From a phage: a stretch of DNA of 64,000 bases. Under the pieces are notes generated by a model. It was not told where the DNA came from. It saw nothing but the letters and a program-made list of their open reading frames with translations, and did no database searches. Each line of letters opens with the position of its first letter. Positions within the stretch are counted from its first letter, which is position 1. Location: sequence record PZ386959.1. One strand, written 5' to 3'. Both the position numbers and the translations under genes were made by a program. Positions 36,784 to 46,980 of the stretch are shown piece after piece.

Positions 36784-38761
36784 AGGTCGTAAATTAAAAG
36801 AGGCTGGTCAGTTTGTAGGTCATTGTGCATGTCCACGTTGTGGTTCGTCAGATGCTGGTTCAATCTATCACCATGACGATGGCTCTTACTCAATGACTTG
36901 CTTTAGTTGTAACAAAGGTTTCCCAGAATGGGATTTTGATAAAGGACAAATCGTGAGCACTTATTCTACTGGTTCAGATAGCAAAAATCGTACATTCCGT
37001 GGGATGGATTTAGATGATGTAAAAGATAACCTTGAAGCTATGGACTTAAAAGACAGGAAGATTCCTGCAAAAGTCCTTGAGAGATTAGGTATCAAGGTTG
37101 ATATTGATAGTGATGGTGAAATTGATGCACACTTCTATCCAACTTACAAACGTAATGAAGATGGAAAGCTAGAGCATGTTGGTTACCGTGTTCGTCATCG
37201 TTATCCAGAAGACCACCCAAAAGAACACCTACGTGGTAAGTTAAAAGATTTTTCAGGTGGCGTTGGAGACATCAAAGGTGAACTGGCAATGTTTGGTTCA
37301 TGGATTGCTCCAGAAGGTGGTAATCGCCTATTTATCTGGGAAGGTGAGATGGAATGTGCTACAGCAATCTATATGACTTCTCTTGCGATTAAGGACAAAT
37401 CTCGTCGTAAGAATTACTGTCATGTGTCCGTTCCATCAGGTGCAAACATCAAGTCTATCAAAGATAATTATCAGTACATTACATCATTTGATGAAATTTA
37501 CTTGTGCTTTGATAACGATGAAGCAGGTGCTAAAGCTACTAAGGAGGCTGCTGGTATCTTACCTATTGAGAAGGTTCGTTTATTCCAGTATCCAGAGGGT
37601 GTAAAAGACCTTAACGAATGGTGGACAAAGTTCTATAAAGAGAAAGACACAGTTCTGGAAGGGTTTAAGCAGCGTATCTACAATGCACCTCGTTATTGCC
37701 CTGCTGGTATCAAGAACTTTGCAGATGGTTTTGAGGCAATGAAGAATCGTGGCCAGATTCCATTGATTCCTTTCCCAGAGTCTTTCGGGGATTTGAACAG
37801 ACTGACTTATGGTGGTTATGGTTTAGGTGAGATTACAACTATTGCAGCACCATCTTCAGTAGGTAAGTCAGCTTACACTCGTGAGATGATTTATTCAGCT
37901 TGGAAAGAAACTGATTATAATATCGGTGTAATTCCTGTAGAAGATACTTATGAAGAACTTATGGAAATGCTCTGTGCAATCCACCTAAGTAAGCAGATTT
38001 CTGAGATTCCTTATGACGAACGTGATTGGGATGAATTAAAAGGGGCACACGCAGAACTTTCAAAAGGTCGTCGTATCCACATCGTTGACCATCAAGGGGC
38101 AATTGACCAAGATAACTTACTGGAGTTTGTTGACTATCTGGTTAACAGCCTAGATTGTAAGATTATCATTCTTGACCCTATTACATTGGCTCTGTCACGT
38201 TCCGATACGGATGAAGAGGAAGTTTTGTCTGAGCTATTGCGTCGTTGCAAACGCTACCAGTATGCACAGGTAAACGTCTGTCACGTTCGTAAGAGTGCAG
38301 GTGGTCAGAAAGCTAACTCTGAAGGTGGAGATATCTCTGAAGAGGATATTAAAGGCTCTGGTGCGTATTTCCAGATTTCTATGAACAACATTCTGTTAAT
38401 GCGTAACAAGGTTGACCCAGACCCTGTTAAGAAAAACTTGACAAAAATCAAGTTAACTAAATGTCGTCGTCATGGTAAGTCAACGGGTATTGCTGGTCAT
38501 ACTTGGTACAATCCAGATACAGGACGTCTCATTAAAGCATCTGGTTGTGGAGTTGACATTGATGGTGCAGCAGAAAATATCCGTCAACAGTTTGGTATTG
38601 GTGAGGCTGAAGACCATTACGATGACTCTTTGCCACATTATGAGGATGAAGTGTTTGACCGTGAGACTGGTGAAGTCTATACTGATGAGCAGCGTCAAAG
38701 TTCAACAATTCCACCAGTCGTAAGTGAGGATGCAGATGACTGCCCGTTCGAAACTGAGTGA
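36770..38761 (+). CDS. DNA primase-helicase (T7 gp4-like)
   Basis: N-terminal zinc ribbon CACPRCGSSD...CFSCNKGF; central primase-type acidic region; C-terminal P-loop IAAPSSVGKSAYT of a DnaB-like helicase. Confidence 0.8.
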   Translation: MLMSKGRKLKEAGQFVGHCACPRCGSSDAGSIYHHDDGSYSMTCFSCNKGFPEWDFDKGQIVSTYSTGSDSKNRTFRGMDLDDVKDNLEAMDLKDRKIPAKVLERLGIKVDIDSDGEIDAHFYPTYKRNEDGKLEHVGYRVRHRYPEDHPKEHLRGKLKDFSGGVGDIKGELAMFGSWIAPEGGNRLFIWEGEMECATAIYMTSLAIKDKSRRKNYCHVSVPSGANIKSIKDNYQYITSFDEIYLCFDNDEAGAKATKEAAGILPIEKVRLFQYPEGVKDLNEWWTKFYKEKDTVLEGFKQRIYNAPRYCPAGIKNFADGFEAMKNRGQIPLIPFPESFGDLNRLTYGGYGLGEITTIAAPSSVGKSAYTREMIYSAWKETDYNIGVIPVEDTYEELMEMLCAIHLSKQISEIPYDERDWDELKGAHAELSKGRRIHIVDHQGAIDQDNLLEFVDYLVNSLDCKIIILDPITLALSRSDTDEEEVLSELLRRCKRYQYAQVNVCHVRKSAGGQKANSEGGDISEEDIKGSGAYFQISMNNILLMRNKVDPDPVKKNLTKIKLTKCRRHGKSTGIAGHTWYNPDTGRLIKASGCGVDIDGAAENIRQQFGIGEAEDHYDDSLPHYEDEVFDRETGEVYTDEQRQSSTIPPVVSEDADDCPFETE

Positions 38762-39017
38762 TAGCTATAAAAGAGAGGGGTTCATACCCTTCTTTGAAGA
38801 AAAAAGTTTAAATAAATTTCAGGAAGAGTGTTTGACAAAGGTTGATAGGTTCTATAGAATGCTCTACATGAAATGTGATGGGGGTGTCGAAGTAGAGAAA
38901 AAGTCCTATCACAATACTGTCACAGTCATCATCACTATACCTGAACATAATATTGGTTGGCTGTTTGTAATAAAAGAAAATGTGTTTGAATATCAAGTAT
39001 ATCGGAGAATATCATGA
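38724..39017 (+). CDS. hypothetical protein
   Basis: 97-aa ORF overlapping the primase-helicase 3' end; no motif recognised. Confidence 0.3.
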   Translation: MRMQMTARSKLSDSYKREGFIPFFEEKSLNKFQEECLTKVDRFYRMLYMKCDGGVEVEKKSYHNTVTVIITIPEHNIGWLFVIKENVFEYQVYRRIS

Positions 39018-39170
39018 AACACTCTAAAGCATTTGAAAAAGTTTTTGGGGATTCCTTAAAAGCCACTGCTGGAAAACCAGCAAAATACTATGAAGAGAAG
39101 CGTGTAAGAACTGGAAAAACTGCACGCAAAGCATCTTCTAAAGATAAGCACAACTTCCAGTAATTAATGT

Positions 39171-39199
39171 TTGACAATAGAGTATCAACAAATTAGAAT
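39171..39199 (+). promoter_or_regulatory. sigma70-like promoter upstream of the SSB-like gene
   Basis: -35 TTGACA (39171-39176), 17-nt spacer, -10 TAGAAT (39194-39199), about 37 nt upstream of the ATG at 39236. Confidence 0.5.
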
Positions 39200-39235
39200 T
39201 GGTACTCTTCATAAATTGAGATAGAGGTTTAAATA

Positions 39236-40093
39236 ATGTCTAAAGTTGTTAAAATGAAAGCTCCGGTAGAGAAGTACAACGGTACTGAACGTCAAACTCT
39301 GCGTTACCTTCTGAAAGATGTCTGGTTTTATTACCTGAACACTTCACCACGTCCGGGAAAAGGTAAGTCCATTGATAAGAAATTCCCAGGCAAAGACTGT
39401 AACTACAGCGTTTCAATTCTGGCAGAAGATGGTAACAAGCTGTTTAAAGAGTTTACTAAGTCTAAGAAAAACCCAGAAGGTTGGGATAAAGTTACTACTG
39501 AAGCAGTTGATGCAGATGACTTCGAAGAGAAGTTTGGTTGTAAACCACCTTTTGAAGCAGACACTTACTACATCTTGAAAGTAAGTCGTGCAGCAGCTTA
39601 TAAAGACGGTGCTGTGTGGACAGCTAAACAGTCATTCCCTGTGATGCTGATTGAAGAAGTAAATGGTAAGCGTGTAGCTGTTAAACAGCCGATGAAGAAA
39701 ATCAAAGCTCAAGCATCTGATAAACATGAAGATGACAAGAACTATGATGTAATTCATCCAGATATTGCAGTCGGTAACGGTTCTTTTGGTAGTGTGATTC
39801 TTTCTACTCACTTCTACACTTTTGAGAACAATGTTCTTACAAAACCTATTCAGGAACAGTTTATCATTGATACCCTTGTACCTTACACTGGTGGTAACGG
39901 TGCTAATGGTGAACCTGAACTGGATGAAGATGAACTGGCTATGCTTGGTCTTGATGGTGTTGAAGATAACGGTGAAATCACTGAAGAAGATGCAACAGAC
40001 CACAAACCTTCTAATGCCTCTGATGATGGCGATGACGAAGACTTGCCAGACCCAGATGACGAAGAAGATGAAGACTTCGATACAGAAGACTAA
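39236..40093 (+). CDS. single-stranded DNA-binding protein-like (acidic C-terminal tail)
   Basis: Extremely acidic C-terminus (DDGDDEDLPDPDDEEDEDFDTED) as in phage SSBs (T4 gp32, T7 gp2.5); high-expression codon usage; good promoter and RBS upstream. Confidence 0.45.
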   Translation: MSKVVKMKAPVEKYNGTERQTLRYLLKDVWFYYLNTSPRPGKGKSIDKKFPGKDCNYSVSILAEDGNKLFKEFTKSKKNPEGWDKVTTEAVDADDFEEKFGCKPPFEADTYYILKVSRAAAYKDGAVWTAKQSFPVMLIEEVNGKRVAVKQPMKKIKAQASDKHEDDKNYDVIHPDIAVGNGSFGSVILSTHFYTFENNVLTKPIQEQFIIDTLVPYTGGNGANGEPELDEDELAMLGLDGVEDNGEITEEDATDHKPSNASDDGDDEDLPDPDDEEDEDFDTED

Positions 40094-40110
40094 TCTCTAA
40101 AAAGTTACTT

Positions 40111-40142
40111 TAAAGCCCTGTACTTAGTATGGGGCTTTTTCA
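40111..40142 (+). terminator. rho-independent terminator after the SSB-like gene
   Basis: Stem AAGCCC / GGGCTT with a long loop, followed by TTTTTCAT. Confidence 0.45.
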
Positions 40143-40156
40143 TATGGAGAGCCATA

Positions 40157-41197
40157 ATGGAGAAGTACACATTAACAAAACTTCCAGATTCAGTTACACA
40201 TGTCTTTATTGACTCTGACAGCATTGCCTATAAAGGTGCTTGTGTAGTTGAGAAAGCAAAGTATAAATACGTTAATAAACTCACAGCAGAAGAATCTGAA
40301 CCATTTGATAATGCGAAAGATGCTGCAAGATGGTTAGCAGACCAGAGAATCCTTGTGGAAGAGCTTGGCCTGACATTTGATGAAGATGAATGGGAAAGAC
40401 AAACTTGGAAAGAAGCTAAGAGTGAAAAAGAAGCTATCATGGCTACTCAACAGGTGCTTCAGGAATGGCTTAAGATTGTTGGTAAAGAAAGAACTTGGGT
40501 AGGTTATTTAACAGAGAAGGGTGTGCATAAACATAAAGACATTAAAGGTCTTGAGCACCAATATCAAGGTAACCGTAAAGATGCCGTCACACCAACACAC
40601 TTAGTCGCTTGTCGTGAATACCTTTTATCCAGACCAGAGTTCAAGCTCTTAAAGGGGGGCTTCGAAGCCGATTCAATCGTAATTGCTAAAGCTGAAAATA
40701 TGGGTAAGAAGGCTGCTCTTATGAGTATTGACAAAGACCTTCGACAAGCTGAAGGAACTTATTGTATTGATATGACTTATGAAAAATCACCACTAATCTT
40801 TATTGCTGATAATAATGTTGGTGATATCTGGGATTGTCCTATCAAATCAAAACCAAAAGCTGCAAAAACAGTTGGTGTAGGTTTTAAATTCTTGTGCTAT
40901 CAGGCTGTTGCTGGAGATAATGCAGACAACTACTTCGGACTTAAAGGTGCTGGTAAAGTAGCTGTGATGAATGCTTTAGATGGTAAAGAGACCTACAAAG
41001 AGTGTCTTGATGCTATCTATGAACTTTATGCTAAAAAAGACTCTTATACCTATGTGTCATGGGATGGACAGACTGTTACAAAGACACCGTTAGAGTTAAT
41101 GGAACAGCATTTCTGGATAGCATATCAAGAGAGAAATCCAAAAGATAATTTCTCTTTTAAGAAATATAATTGGGAGCCGTGTATGAATGAAGATTAA
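40157..41197 (+). CDS. 5'-3' exonuclease / flap endonuclease
   Basis: N-terminal acidic motif VFIDSDSIAYKG and an H3TH-like segment VAGDNADNYFGLKGAGKVAVMNAL, both typical of FEN-family 5' nucleases. Confidence 0.6.
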   Translation: MEKYTLTKLPDSVTHVFIDSDSIAYKGACVVEKAKYKYVNKLTAEESEPFDNAKDAARWLADQRILVEELGLTFDEDEWERQTWKEAKSEKEAIMATQQVLQEWLKIVGKERTWVGYLTEKGVHKHKDIKGLEHQYQGNRKDAVTPTHLVACREYLLSRPEFKLLKGGFEADSIVIAKAENMGKKAALMSIDKDLRQAEGTYCIDMTYEKSPLIFIADNNVGDIWDCPIKSKPKAAKTVGVGFKFLCYQAVAGDNADNYFGLKGAGKVAVMNALDGKETYKECLDAIYELYAKKDSYTYVSWDGQTVTKTPLELMEQHFWIAYQERNPKDNFSFKKYNWEPCMNED

Positions 41198-41684
41198 AGG
41201 ATTTGGCAATTGCCCCACCTATGGTCATTGGGTATCTTTATGTGGGGAAGTTGACCCCACTAAACATTTTGGTTTTGTATATTTAGTATATTGTAAGAAA
41301 ACCAGACAATATTATATAGGGAAGAAACAGTTTAATAGCGTGACCAAAAGAAAAGTTGCTGGCAAGACTCGGAAGAAGGTAGTCACTAAGGAGAGTGATT
41401 GGATGACTTACGAGACTTCTTCTGAGTATATTAAAAAAGATATTGAGAGCTTTGGAAAAGAATTTTTTGACTTTTACATTATCCAAACCTACTACACGAA
41501 AGGTGGCCTAGTTTATGGTGAAGCAAACCTCCAACATAAATTCGATGTAATGACAAAAAGGATTGACTCTAAGCTCAGACTCTTCTACAATGCCAACATT
41601 GCAGCAATTAAGTTTATCACTAAAGAAACTTATGAGGATGCTGAAAAAAGAATCCATAAGGTAATGAAAGCAAATTGTGCTTGA
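41187..41684 (+). CDS. GIY-YIG-like nuclease (possible homing endonuclease)
   Basis: Segment FGFVYLVYCKKTRQYYIGKKQ resembles the GIY...YIG motif; small basic protein inserted among replication genes. Confidence 0.35.
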   Translation: MKIKGFGNCPTYGHWVSLCGEVDPTKHFGFVYLVYCKKTRQYYIGKKQFNSVTKRKVAGKTRKKVVTKESDWMTYETSSEYIKKDIESFGKEFFDFYIIQTYYTKGGLVYGEANLQHKFDVMTKRIDSKLRLFYNANIAAIKFITKETYEDAEKRIHKVMKANCA

Positions 41685-41690
41685 TAACTA

Positions 41691-41936
41691 TTGAGAGAGA
41701 ATAAAATGTTTAACAAAAGTAAAGCTGTGAGTCATGTAGCAAAAGTTGACAGCAAGATTGAAGAACTTGAGCGCATCCTTGCAAATGCCAGAGAGGCAAT
41801 AATTAAAGAAGTTGAAGCTGTTGAATCTCAAATGCAGCACCTAATGCTTAAACGTCAAGAGTTACGTGAGCATCTGGAATATATTGAAACACGAGAGCTA
41901 AAAGTTAACAGATTTTTAAGGAGTCCGAATGTTTAA
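41691..41936 (+). CDS. hypothetical coiled-coil protein
   Basis: 81-aa ORF; no motif recognised. Confidence 0.3.
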   Translation: MRENKMFNKSKAVSHVAKVDSKIEELERILANAREAIIKEVEAVESQMQHLMLKRQELREHLEYIETRELKVNRFLRSPNV

Positions 41937-42684
41937 CTCAAGAGAATCAGTAAAAAACTGGAATCTTCGTTGCGGAAACACCCAAAAGCAACCTTACAGT
42001 GATGAGTATTGGGAATCTTTGAAATCCCAGTCTCTGTGTATGCTTGAAGAAGCAAAAGAGCTTGTAAAAGCAATTGAAGAGAAAGACCCCATTGAGACAC
42101 TGGATGCTCAGGCAGATTTACAATATGTTCTTGACGGTTTGATTTACCTGTCACAACATGACCATAACGGTGCTATGGAAGCTGTTTGCCATAATAATGA
42201 CCTGAAGTACACAGATGACTATGAAGAAGCTTTAAAACGTCTTGCAGATATTGAGAAGCGTACTGGTCAAGAGTGTATTATCAGAATGTCAGTAGTTGAT
42301 GGTAAAGAATGGTATGCGATTGTTCGTGCAGCCGATGGGAAGATTATGAAGCAATCAAATCTCCCTAAAGTACAGCTTGGTGAATACATTGTAGAACTTG
42401 AAAGCCAAGAACTTTTTGTGGTAGTATCTGAGACATGCGTTATCTGCAAAGGTATTGTAGATAGCTTAAAGGATTTGGGTGTAGATGGTTTTGTAGAAGT
42501 TAATCCAATTACCTCTAAAGCAGATAAAGATTTCTGTAAAGAGAATGGACTATGGATTGCAGATATTGTCTACTATAATGGTGAGCAGTTCCATGTAACC
42601 TCATACCCGAAACTGAATTATGATGCTAATAACCTGAAGTGCTGGTTAAAAGGGGTTGGTTATAATGGATTCACAGAACATTAA
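41929..42684 (+). CDS. hypothetical protein with a possible MazG-like NTP pyrophosphohydrolase N-terminal domain
   Basis: N-terminal helical region with the EE..EL...E pattern (LEEAKELVKAIEEKDPIETLDAQADLQYVLDGL) loosely resembling MazG-type domains; weak call. Confidence 0.25.
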   Translation: MFNSRESVKNWNLRCGNTQKQPYSDEYWESLKSQSLCMLEEAKELVKAIEEKDPIETLDAQADLQYVLDGLIYLSQHDHNGAMEAVCHNNDLKYTDDYEEALKRLADIEKRTGQECIIRMSVVDGKEWYAIVRAADGKIMKQSNLPKVQLGEYIVELESQELFVVVSETCVICKGIVDSLKDLGVDGFVEVNPITSKADKDFCKENGLWIADIVYYNGEQFHVTSYPKLNYDANNLKCWLKGVGYNGFTEH

Positions 42685-42988
42685 TAAAGAAGGTGTGGCT
42701 CAGAAGAGCCACTTCTCAAACTACAATATTTCTATGACGGTGTTTATGAATGACCCGTTACTAGAAAAGTACGGAGAAACTCCAGATACACTTCTGGATA
42801 ATGAACAAGTTTTAAGAGCAGTTCTGTACAAATACGGGATTGATATTGAAAAAGAGTATTCTTTTGAAATTTGCCAACATAGAAATACTTTTGGTAAAGT
42901 TGTAGTCGCCCCCCTATTCATGGGTGTAGAAAGAACTGACTATGGTTGGTTGTATCTAAAAAGAAACTTGGAGAAATACCGTGTCTAA
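42656..42988 (+). CDS. hypothetical protein
   Basis: 110-aa ORF. Confidence 0.3.
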   Translation: MVIMDSQNINKEGVAQKSHFSNYNISMTVFMNDPLLEKYGETPDTLLDNEQVLRAVLYKYGIDIEKEYSFEICQHRNTFGKVVVAPLFMGVERTDYGWLYLKRNLEKYRV

Positions 42989-43316
42989 AACAAAAAAGCT
43001 ATCTTATGATGACATCATCTCAGGTGCTAAGTTAGGTGTTGACAGTATCGGACAAGATATCAAGCACGGGGACACAGTGATGTACTGTGATGACCGAAGA
43101 GGAAGAAGTGCAATCTTGTTTGGAAGAATTGTTTGCAAGATGCGAGGTAATTACGTTGTTGCAGACATGGATGAGAACACTACACAAGAGCTTGAAGCAA
43201 TTATGAATGGCAACACCTCATCGTGGTTCCTGAATTGTATGCACACTGCTTCAGTCACAAAGGTAAGTGATAAGTTTTACGACATGTGGCAGAATGAGCA
43301 AATTTTCAAGATTTAA
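42981..43316 (+). CDS. hypothetical protein
   Basis: 111-aa ORF followed by a strong terminator. Confidence 0.3.
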   Translation: MSKTKKLSYDDIISGAKLGVDSIGQDIKHGDTVMYCDDRRGRSAILFGRIVCKMRGNYVVADMDENTTQELEAIMNGNTSSWFLNCMHTASVTKVSDKFYDMWQNEQIFKI

Positions 43317-43320
43317 ACTA

Positions 43321-43345
43321 GGGAGCCTCTTCGGAGGCTCTTTTC
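43321..43345 (+). terminator. rho-independent terminator upstream of nrdA
   Basis: Stem GGAGCCTC / GAGGCTC with UUCG-type loop TTCG, followed by TTTTC. Confidence 0.65.
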
Positions 43346-43362
43346 ATCTGTAGGATTTAAAA

Positions 43363-45597
43363 ATGATTAAGACAATTAAAAAATCAAACGGTACAGTAGT
43401 AAGCTTTGACCCAGAAAGACTGAATAAGTGGGCATCATGGGCAGATAAACGTGGAATTATCTGGTCAGAAGTCACTATGGAAGCTATGAAACGTGTCTAT
43501 GAAGGTTGCACTACAAAAGAGATGCACCAAGCCATGATTGATGTTTGTGTTGATAAACAAACTCAAGAGTACTCAGATATGGCTGGACGGCTACTTCTGG
43601 GGATTATCTACAAAGAAGCCTTTGGAGGCTTTACTAAGGTTCCTACGCTGATTACCTTCGTTAAAAATATGGAGAGAGCAGGACTTTGGGAGAAGATGGA
43701 CTATTCACAGGAAGAGCTTGAATACCTGCAAGGTTACATCGTGCACTCAAAAGATATCTCCTACGGTTATGCAGTCTTGAAACAGTTCAGAGACAAGTAT
43801 GGCATCCGTGATATTAAAACGGGAAGACTTTTTGAGTCACCACAATTTATGTTCATGGGTATGGCTATGAAAGCCTTTGAGAAGCAACCAAAGCACCGTA
43901 GACTGCAAGATGTTATCAAGCTGTACACTTACCTATCTGACCTAAAGATTAACGCCCCTACACCTTATTTAAACGGTTTAAGAGCTACTAAATCAGGTTA
44001 TGCGTCATGTTGTTTGATTAAGGCGAACGATACTGCCGAATCACTTGGTATTGCTGCAAAGGTTGCTTATGACATGACTACAAAGCAAGCTGGTATCGGG
44101 ATGCTGATGGAGACTCGCACTATTGGTGATGGTATCCGTCAAAACACGATTGAGCACATGGGTAAGCTGCCTTATTATAAGCTTGTACGTTCATCTGTAG
44201 AGGCAAACAAACAGAAGAGTCGTGGTGGTTCAGCTAATAACTTCTACACTGCTCTAGACCCGCAGATTGAAGATTTACTGCGTTTGAAGCACCCGACAAC
44301 GGTTCCTTCTAAACGTATTAATGAGATGGACTACTCATTCGGCACAAACGATTATTTCTGGCAGTGTGTTCAGTATGATACAGACTGGTTGCTATTCTCT
44401 TACAAAGATGCACCAAAACTCTATGACATGTTCTACACAGCATCTGCTGATGAGTTTGCTATGGCAGTTGGTCACGCAGTACATTCAGGAGTCAAGCACA
44501 GACGAGTCAAGGCTCGTGAAATTGCTAAGCTGTTTATTCAACAGCGTTATGCTACAGGTCGTGTGTATCCATTCTTCACTAACAATGCAAACACACATAC
44601 ACCATTTAAAGAACCATTGAAGATGTCAAATCTTTGCATGGAAATTGTGTTGCCAGTGTATGGTTTTGAGAAAGAGACAGACCTTTACAGAGACGATGCT
44701 GTGAAAGAGGATGGTGAGGTGGCTCTTTGCTTCCTAGCTAGTTTGGTTGCAGGGAGAATTTCAGAAGATGAATACGCTGACGTTGCTTATTATGCTCTTG
44801 CAATGGTTGACTCCGTTATTGACCTTATGGATTATCCGTATCCGTCGATGCGTAACCATGTTCAGAAGCGTCGTTCTGTTGGGATTGGCCTTACAAATGT
44901 GGCTCATTACCTTGCGAAGAACTACGTGAACTACTCTTCACGAGCAGGTAAGACAAAGCTTCATGAGCTTGCTGAAATGCACTCTTACTATCTACATGAA
45001 GCCTCTCTGAGACTTGCTAAAGAGCGTGGAGTTCCAGAGTACATGAAGTTCACTAAGTACCCTGAAGGCTGGGTTCCTCCAAAGACAGCTAACAAGAAGA
45101 TTGATGAAAAGCATGATGCAAAACTACGATATGATTGGGATAACTTAGCACAACGTATCAAAGAAAATGGTGGAATCCGAAACTCTGTATTAGAAGCTTA
45201 CATGCCTAATGAGAGTTCTTCACTAGCAACTAATACGACAAATGGTTTGTACCCAATTCGTGACTTTATTTTAACTAAAAAGTCTGCAACTGGTAACGTA
45301 CTGTTTATTGTTCCAGATTATGAAGAGTTGAAGTATGTCTATGAAATTGCTTGGGATATCGACACCTTTGATATGATTGACTGTTATGCAATTGTTCAAA
45401 AGTTCACTGGTCAAGCTATCTCTTCAGACTTCTATGTTGACTATGCAAAGTCTAAGAAGGTATCATTGGCTCAAGCTCTGAAGTACATGATTTATGCCAA
45501 CTCGGTAGGTATGAAAACCATGTACTATCTGAACAGCCGTATCGGTGTAGGTAAATCTGCACTGCAAGATGCTTATTGCGAGGGTTGTGGTGTTTAG
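43363..45597 (+). CDS. nrdA: ribonucleotide reductase class Ia large subunit
   Basis: 744-aa ORF with an ATP-cone-like N-terminus, the RNR active-site region and a C-terminal Cys pair (CEGCGV); adjacent to nrdB. Confidence 0.85.
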   Translation: MIKTIKKSNGTVVSFDPERLNKWASWADKRGIIWSEVTMEAMKRVYEGCTTKEMHQAMIDVCVDKQTQEYSDMAGRLLLGIIYKEAFGGFTKVPTLITFVKNMERAGLWEKMDYSQEELEYLQGYIVHSKDISYGYAVLKQFRDKYGIRDIKTGRLFESPQFMFMGMAMKAFEKQPKHRRLQDVIKLYTYLSDLKINAPTPYLNGLRATKSGYASCCLIKANDTAESLGIAAKVAYDMTTKQAGIGMLMETRTIGDGIRQNTIEHMGKLPYYKLVRSSVEANKQKSRGGSANNFYTALDPQIEDLLRLKHPTTVPSKRINEMDYSFGTNDYFWQCVQYDTDWLLFSYKDAPKLYDMFYTASADEFAMAVGHAVHSGVKHRRVKAREIAKLFIQQRYATGRVYPFFTNNANTHTPFKEPLKMSNLCMEIVLPVYGFEKETDLYRDDAVKEDGEVALCFLASLVAGRISEDEYADVAYYALAMVDSVIDLMDYPYPSMRNHVQKRRSVGIGLTNVAHYLAKNYVNYSSRAGKTKLHELAEMHSYYLHEASLRLAKERGVPEYMKFTKYPEGWVPPKTANKKIDEKHDAKLRYDWDNLAQRIKENGGIRNSVLEAYMPNESSSLATNTTNGLYPIRDFILTKKSATGNVLFIVPDYEELKYVYEIAWDIDTFDMIDCYAIVQKFTGQAISSDFYVDYAKSKKVSLAQALKYMIYANSVGMKTMYYLNSRIGVGKSALQDAYCEGCGV

Positions 45598-45652
45598 TTT
45601 TAACAACTATGAGGGTCGTAAAAGACCCTCTAAAAATAACTTTGGAGAGAGT

Positions 45653-45910
45653 ATGAAGGACTTAATAGCAAATCATGAGTGGCCAATTTATCTGCTCTAC
45701 AAACCTCGGAAAACGTTGTACTATGTAAGTAGTACAGATATGATGATAAAACAAAATGATGACTCATGGGTCGATGGTGTGTCATACATCTCTACAGCAG
45801 ATGGTAAAATCTATGCAAGACCATATGAGATGTTCAATGAAGAAAATTGGGAAGTTCTAGACCGAAAACAAGCCTTAGAAATGATAAAGAAAGGAGAAAT
45901 CACACTATGA
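45653..45910 (+). CDS. hypothetical small protein
   Basis: Start moved to MKDLIANHEW (RBS GGAGAGAG upstream) because the track start at 45569 overlaps an intergenic hairpin; stop overlaps the nrdB start (ATGA). Confidence 0.35.
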   Translation: MKDLIANHEWPIYLLYKPRKTLYYVSSTDMMIKQNDDSWVDGVSYISTADGKIYARPYEMFNEENWEVLDRKQALEMIKKGEITL

Positions 45911-46980
45911 TTAACCAACACCCAATCTTTTTAGGTGGTGAGAGAAAGACATTTGACTCACTTAATAAACACTACCCAAAAATCTTTGAGCTTTATAAAC
46001 AACAAAAAGCACAAGATTGGTCAGAAGATGAGTTCCCTTTTGAACAATCACGTCTTGATTTTGAGAGTGTCCCAGCATCAATGTCAGGTGTAATGCTTGA
46101 GATTCTTAAGTGGCAGTGGGAAGCAGATACCCAAGTTGCTAAGAGCTTGGCATTCGCCTTTGCACCATTCATCTCTGATGACATCTATGCAACTGCAATT
46201 ATGAAGCAGTCTGAGATTGAAAACCTACATGCTCTTACTTACTCAGAGATTGTAAGGCAATGTATTAAAAACCCTGAAACAATTTTAGATGAGATTAACC
46301 AGAATGTTGCTGTACAAGACCGATTAAAAACTGTGAATCGTGTTCTTGAAGAATTACTGGATGAAGGTATAAACTACCGCCTGAGTTATGTCCGTGATTC
46401 ACTTCTGGACAAAGACCCTTTACACTTCCATAAAGTGATTCTGAAAGGGCTGTTTGCAGTGACTGCACTTGAAGGCATTTCCTTCATGGCATCCTTTGCA
46501 TGTACCTTTGCACTTGATGCTCAGGATAAATTTCAGGGTATTGCTCAAGCTGTCCAGAAAATTATGCTTGATGAAATCCTTCACACCAAAATTGATATTG
46601 AAGTTTTAAAAGAAACTTTAAGAGATGATGAGTGGCAGAAAGCTTTTCAACAAATTCTTCCAGAGATTAAAGTAATCTTAGATGAAGTAGTTGAAAGTGA
46701 AGAGAAATGGTCGTATTATATCTTCTCCGAAGGACGTGCTGTAGTTGGCTTAAACACAAAACTTCTTCATGAGTGGGTTTACTATAATGCTGCCCCACTG
46801 TATGATATGTTTGGCATTCCCAGAGATTTTGTAGCTCCTAAAGAACCACCTTTGAAGTATATGATTAAGAAGATGGAAATTGATAAAGAGCAGAATGCTA
46901 ATCAGGAGCAACAGAACGGTGCGTACCTGTTGAATACTGTTGTAGATGATTTGAATAGTGGATTTTTAGAGGTTCCTTAA
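45907..46980 (+). CDS. nrdB: ribonucleotide reductase class Ia small subunit
   Basis: Start set at MINQHPIF; iron-binding helical protein of the expected size directly after nrdA. Confidence 0.8.
   Translation: MINQHPIFLGGERKTFDSLNKHYPKIFELYKQQKAQDWSEDEFPFEQSRLDFESVPASMSGVMLEILKWQWEADTQVAKSLAFAFAPFISDDIYATAIMKQSEIENLHALTYSEIVRQCIKNPETILDEINQNVAVQDRLKTVNRVLEELLDEGINYRLSYVRDSLLDKDPLHFHKVILKGLFAVTALEGISFMASFACTFALDAQDKFQGIAQAVQKIMLDEILHTKIDIEVLKETLRDDEWQKAFQQILPEIKVILDEVVESEEKWSYYIFSEGRAVVGLNTKLLHEWVYYNAAPLYDMFGIPRDFVAPKEPPLKYMIKKMEIDKEQNANQEQQNGAYLLNTVVDDLNSGFLEVP

Noticed and set aside
45611-45630. Terminator between nrdA and the next gene
   Set aside because: The perfect hairpin GAGGGTC-gtaaaa-GACCCTC has no U-tract on either strand, so it is more likely an RNA processing or stability element than an intrinsic terminator. 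It shares the word AAAAGACCCT with the R1/R2 boxes, but one extra occurrence is not strong evidence of relatedness.
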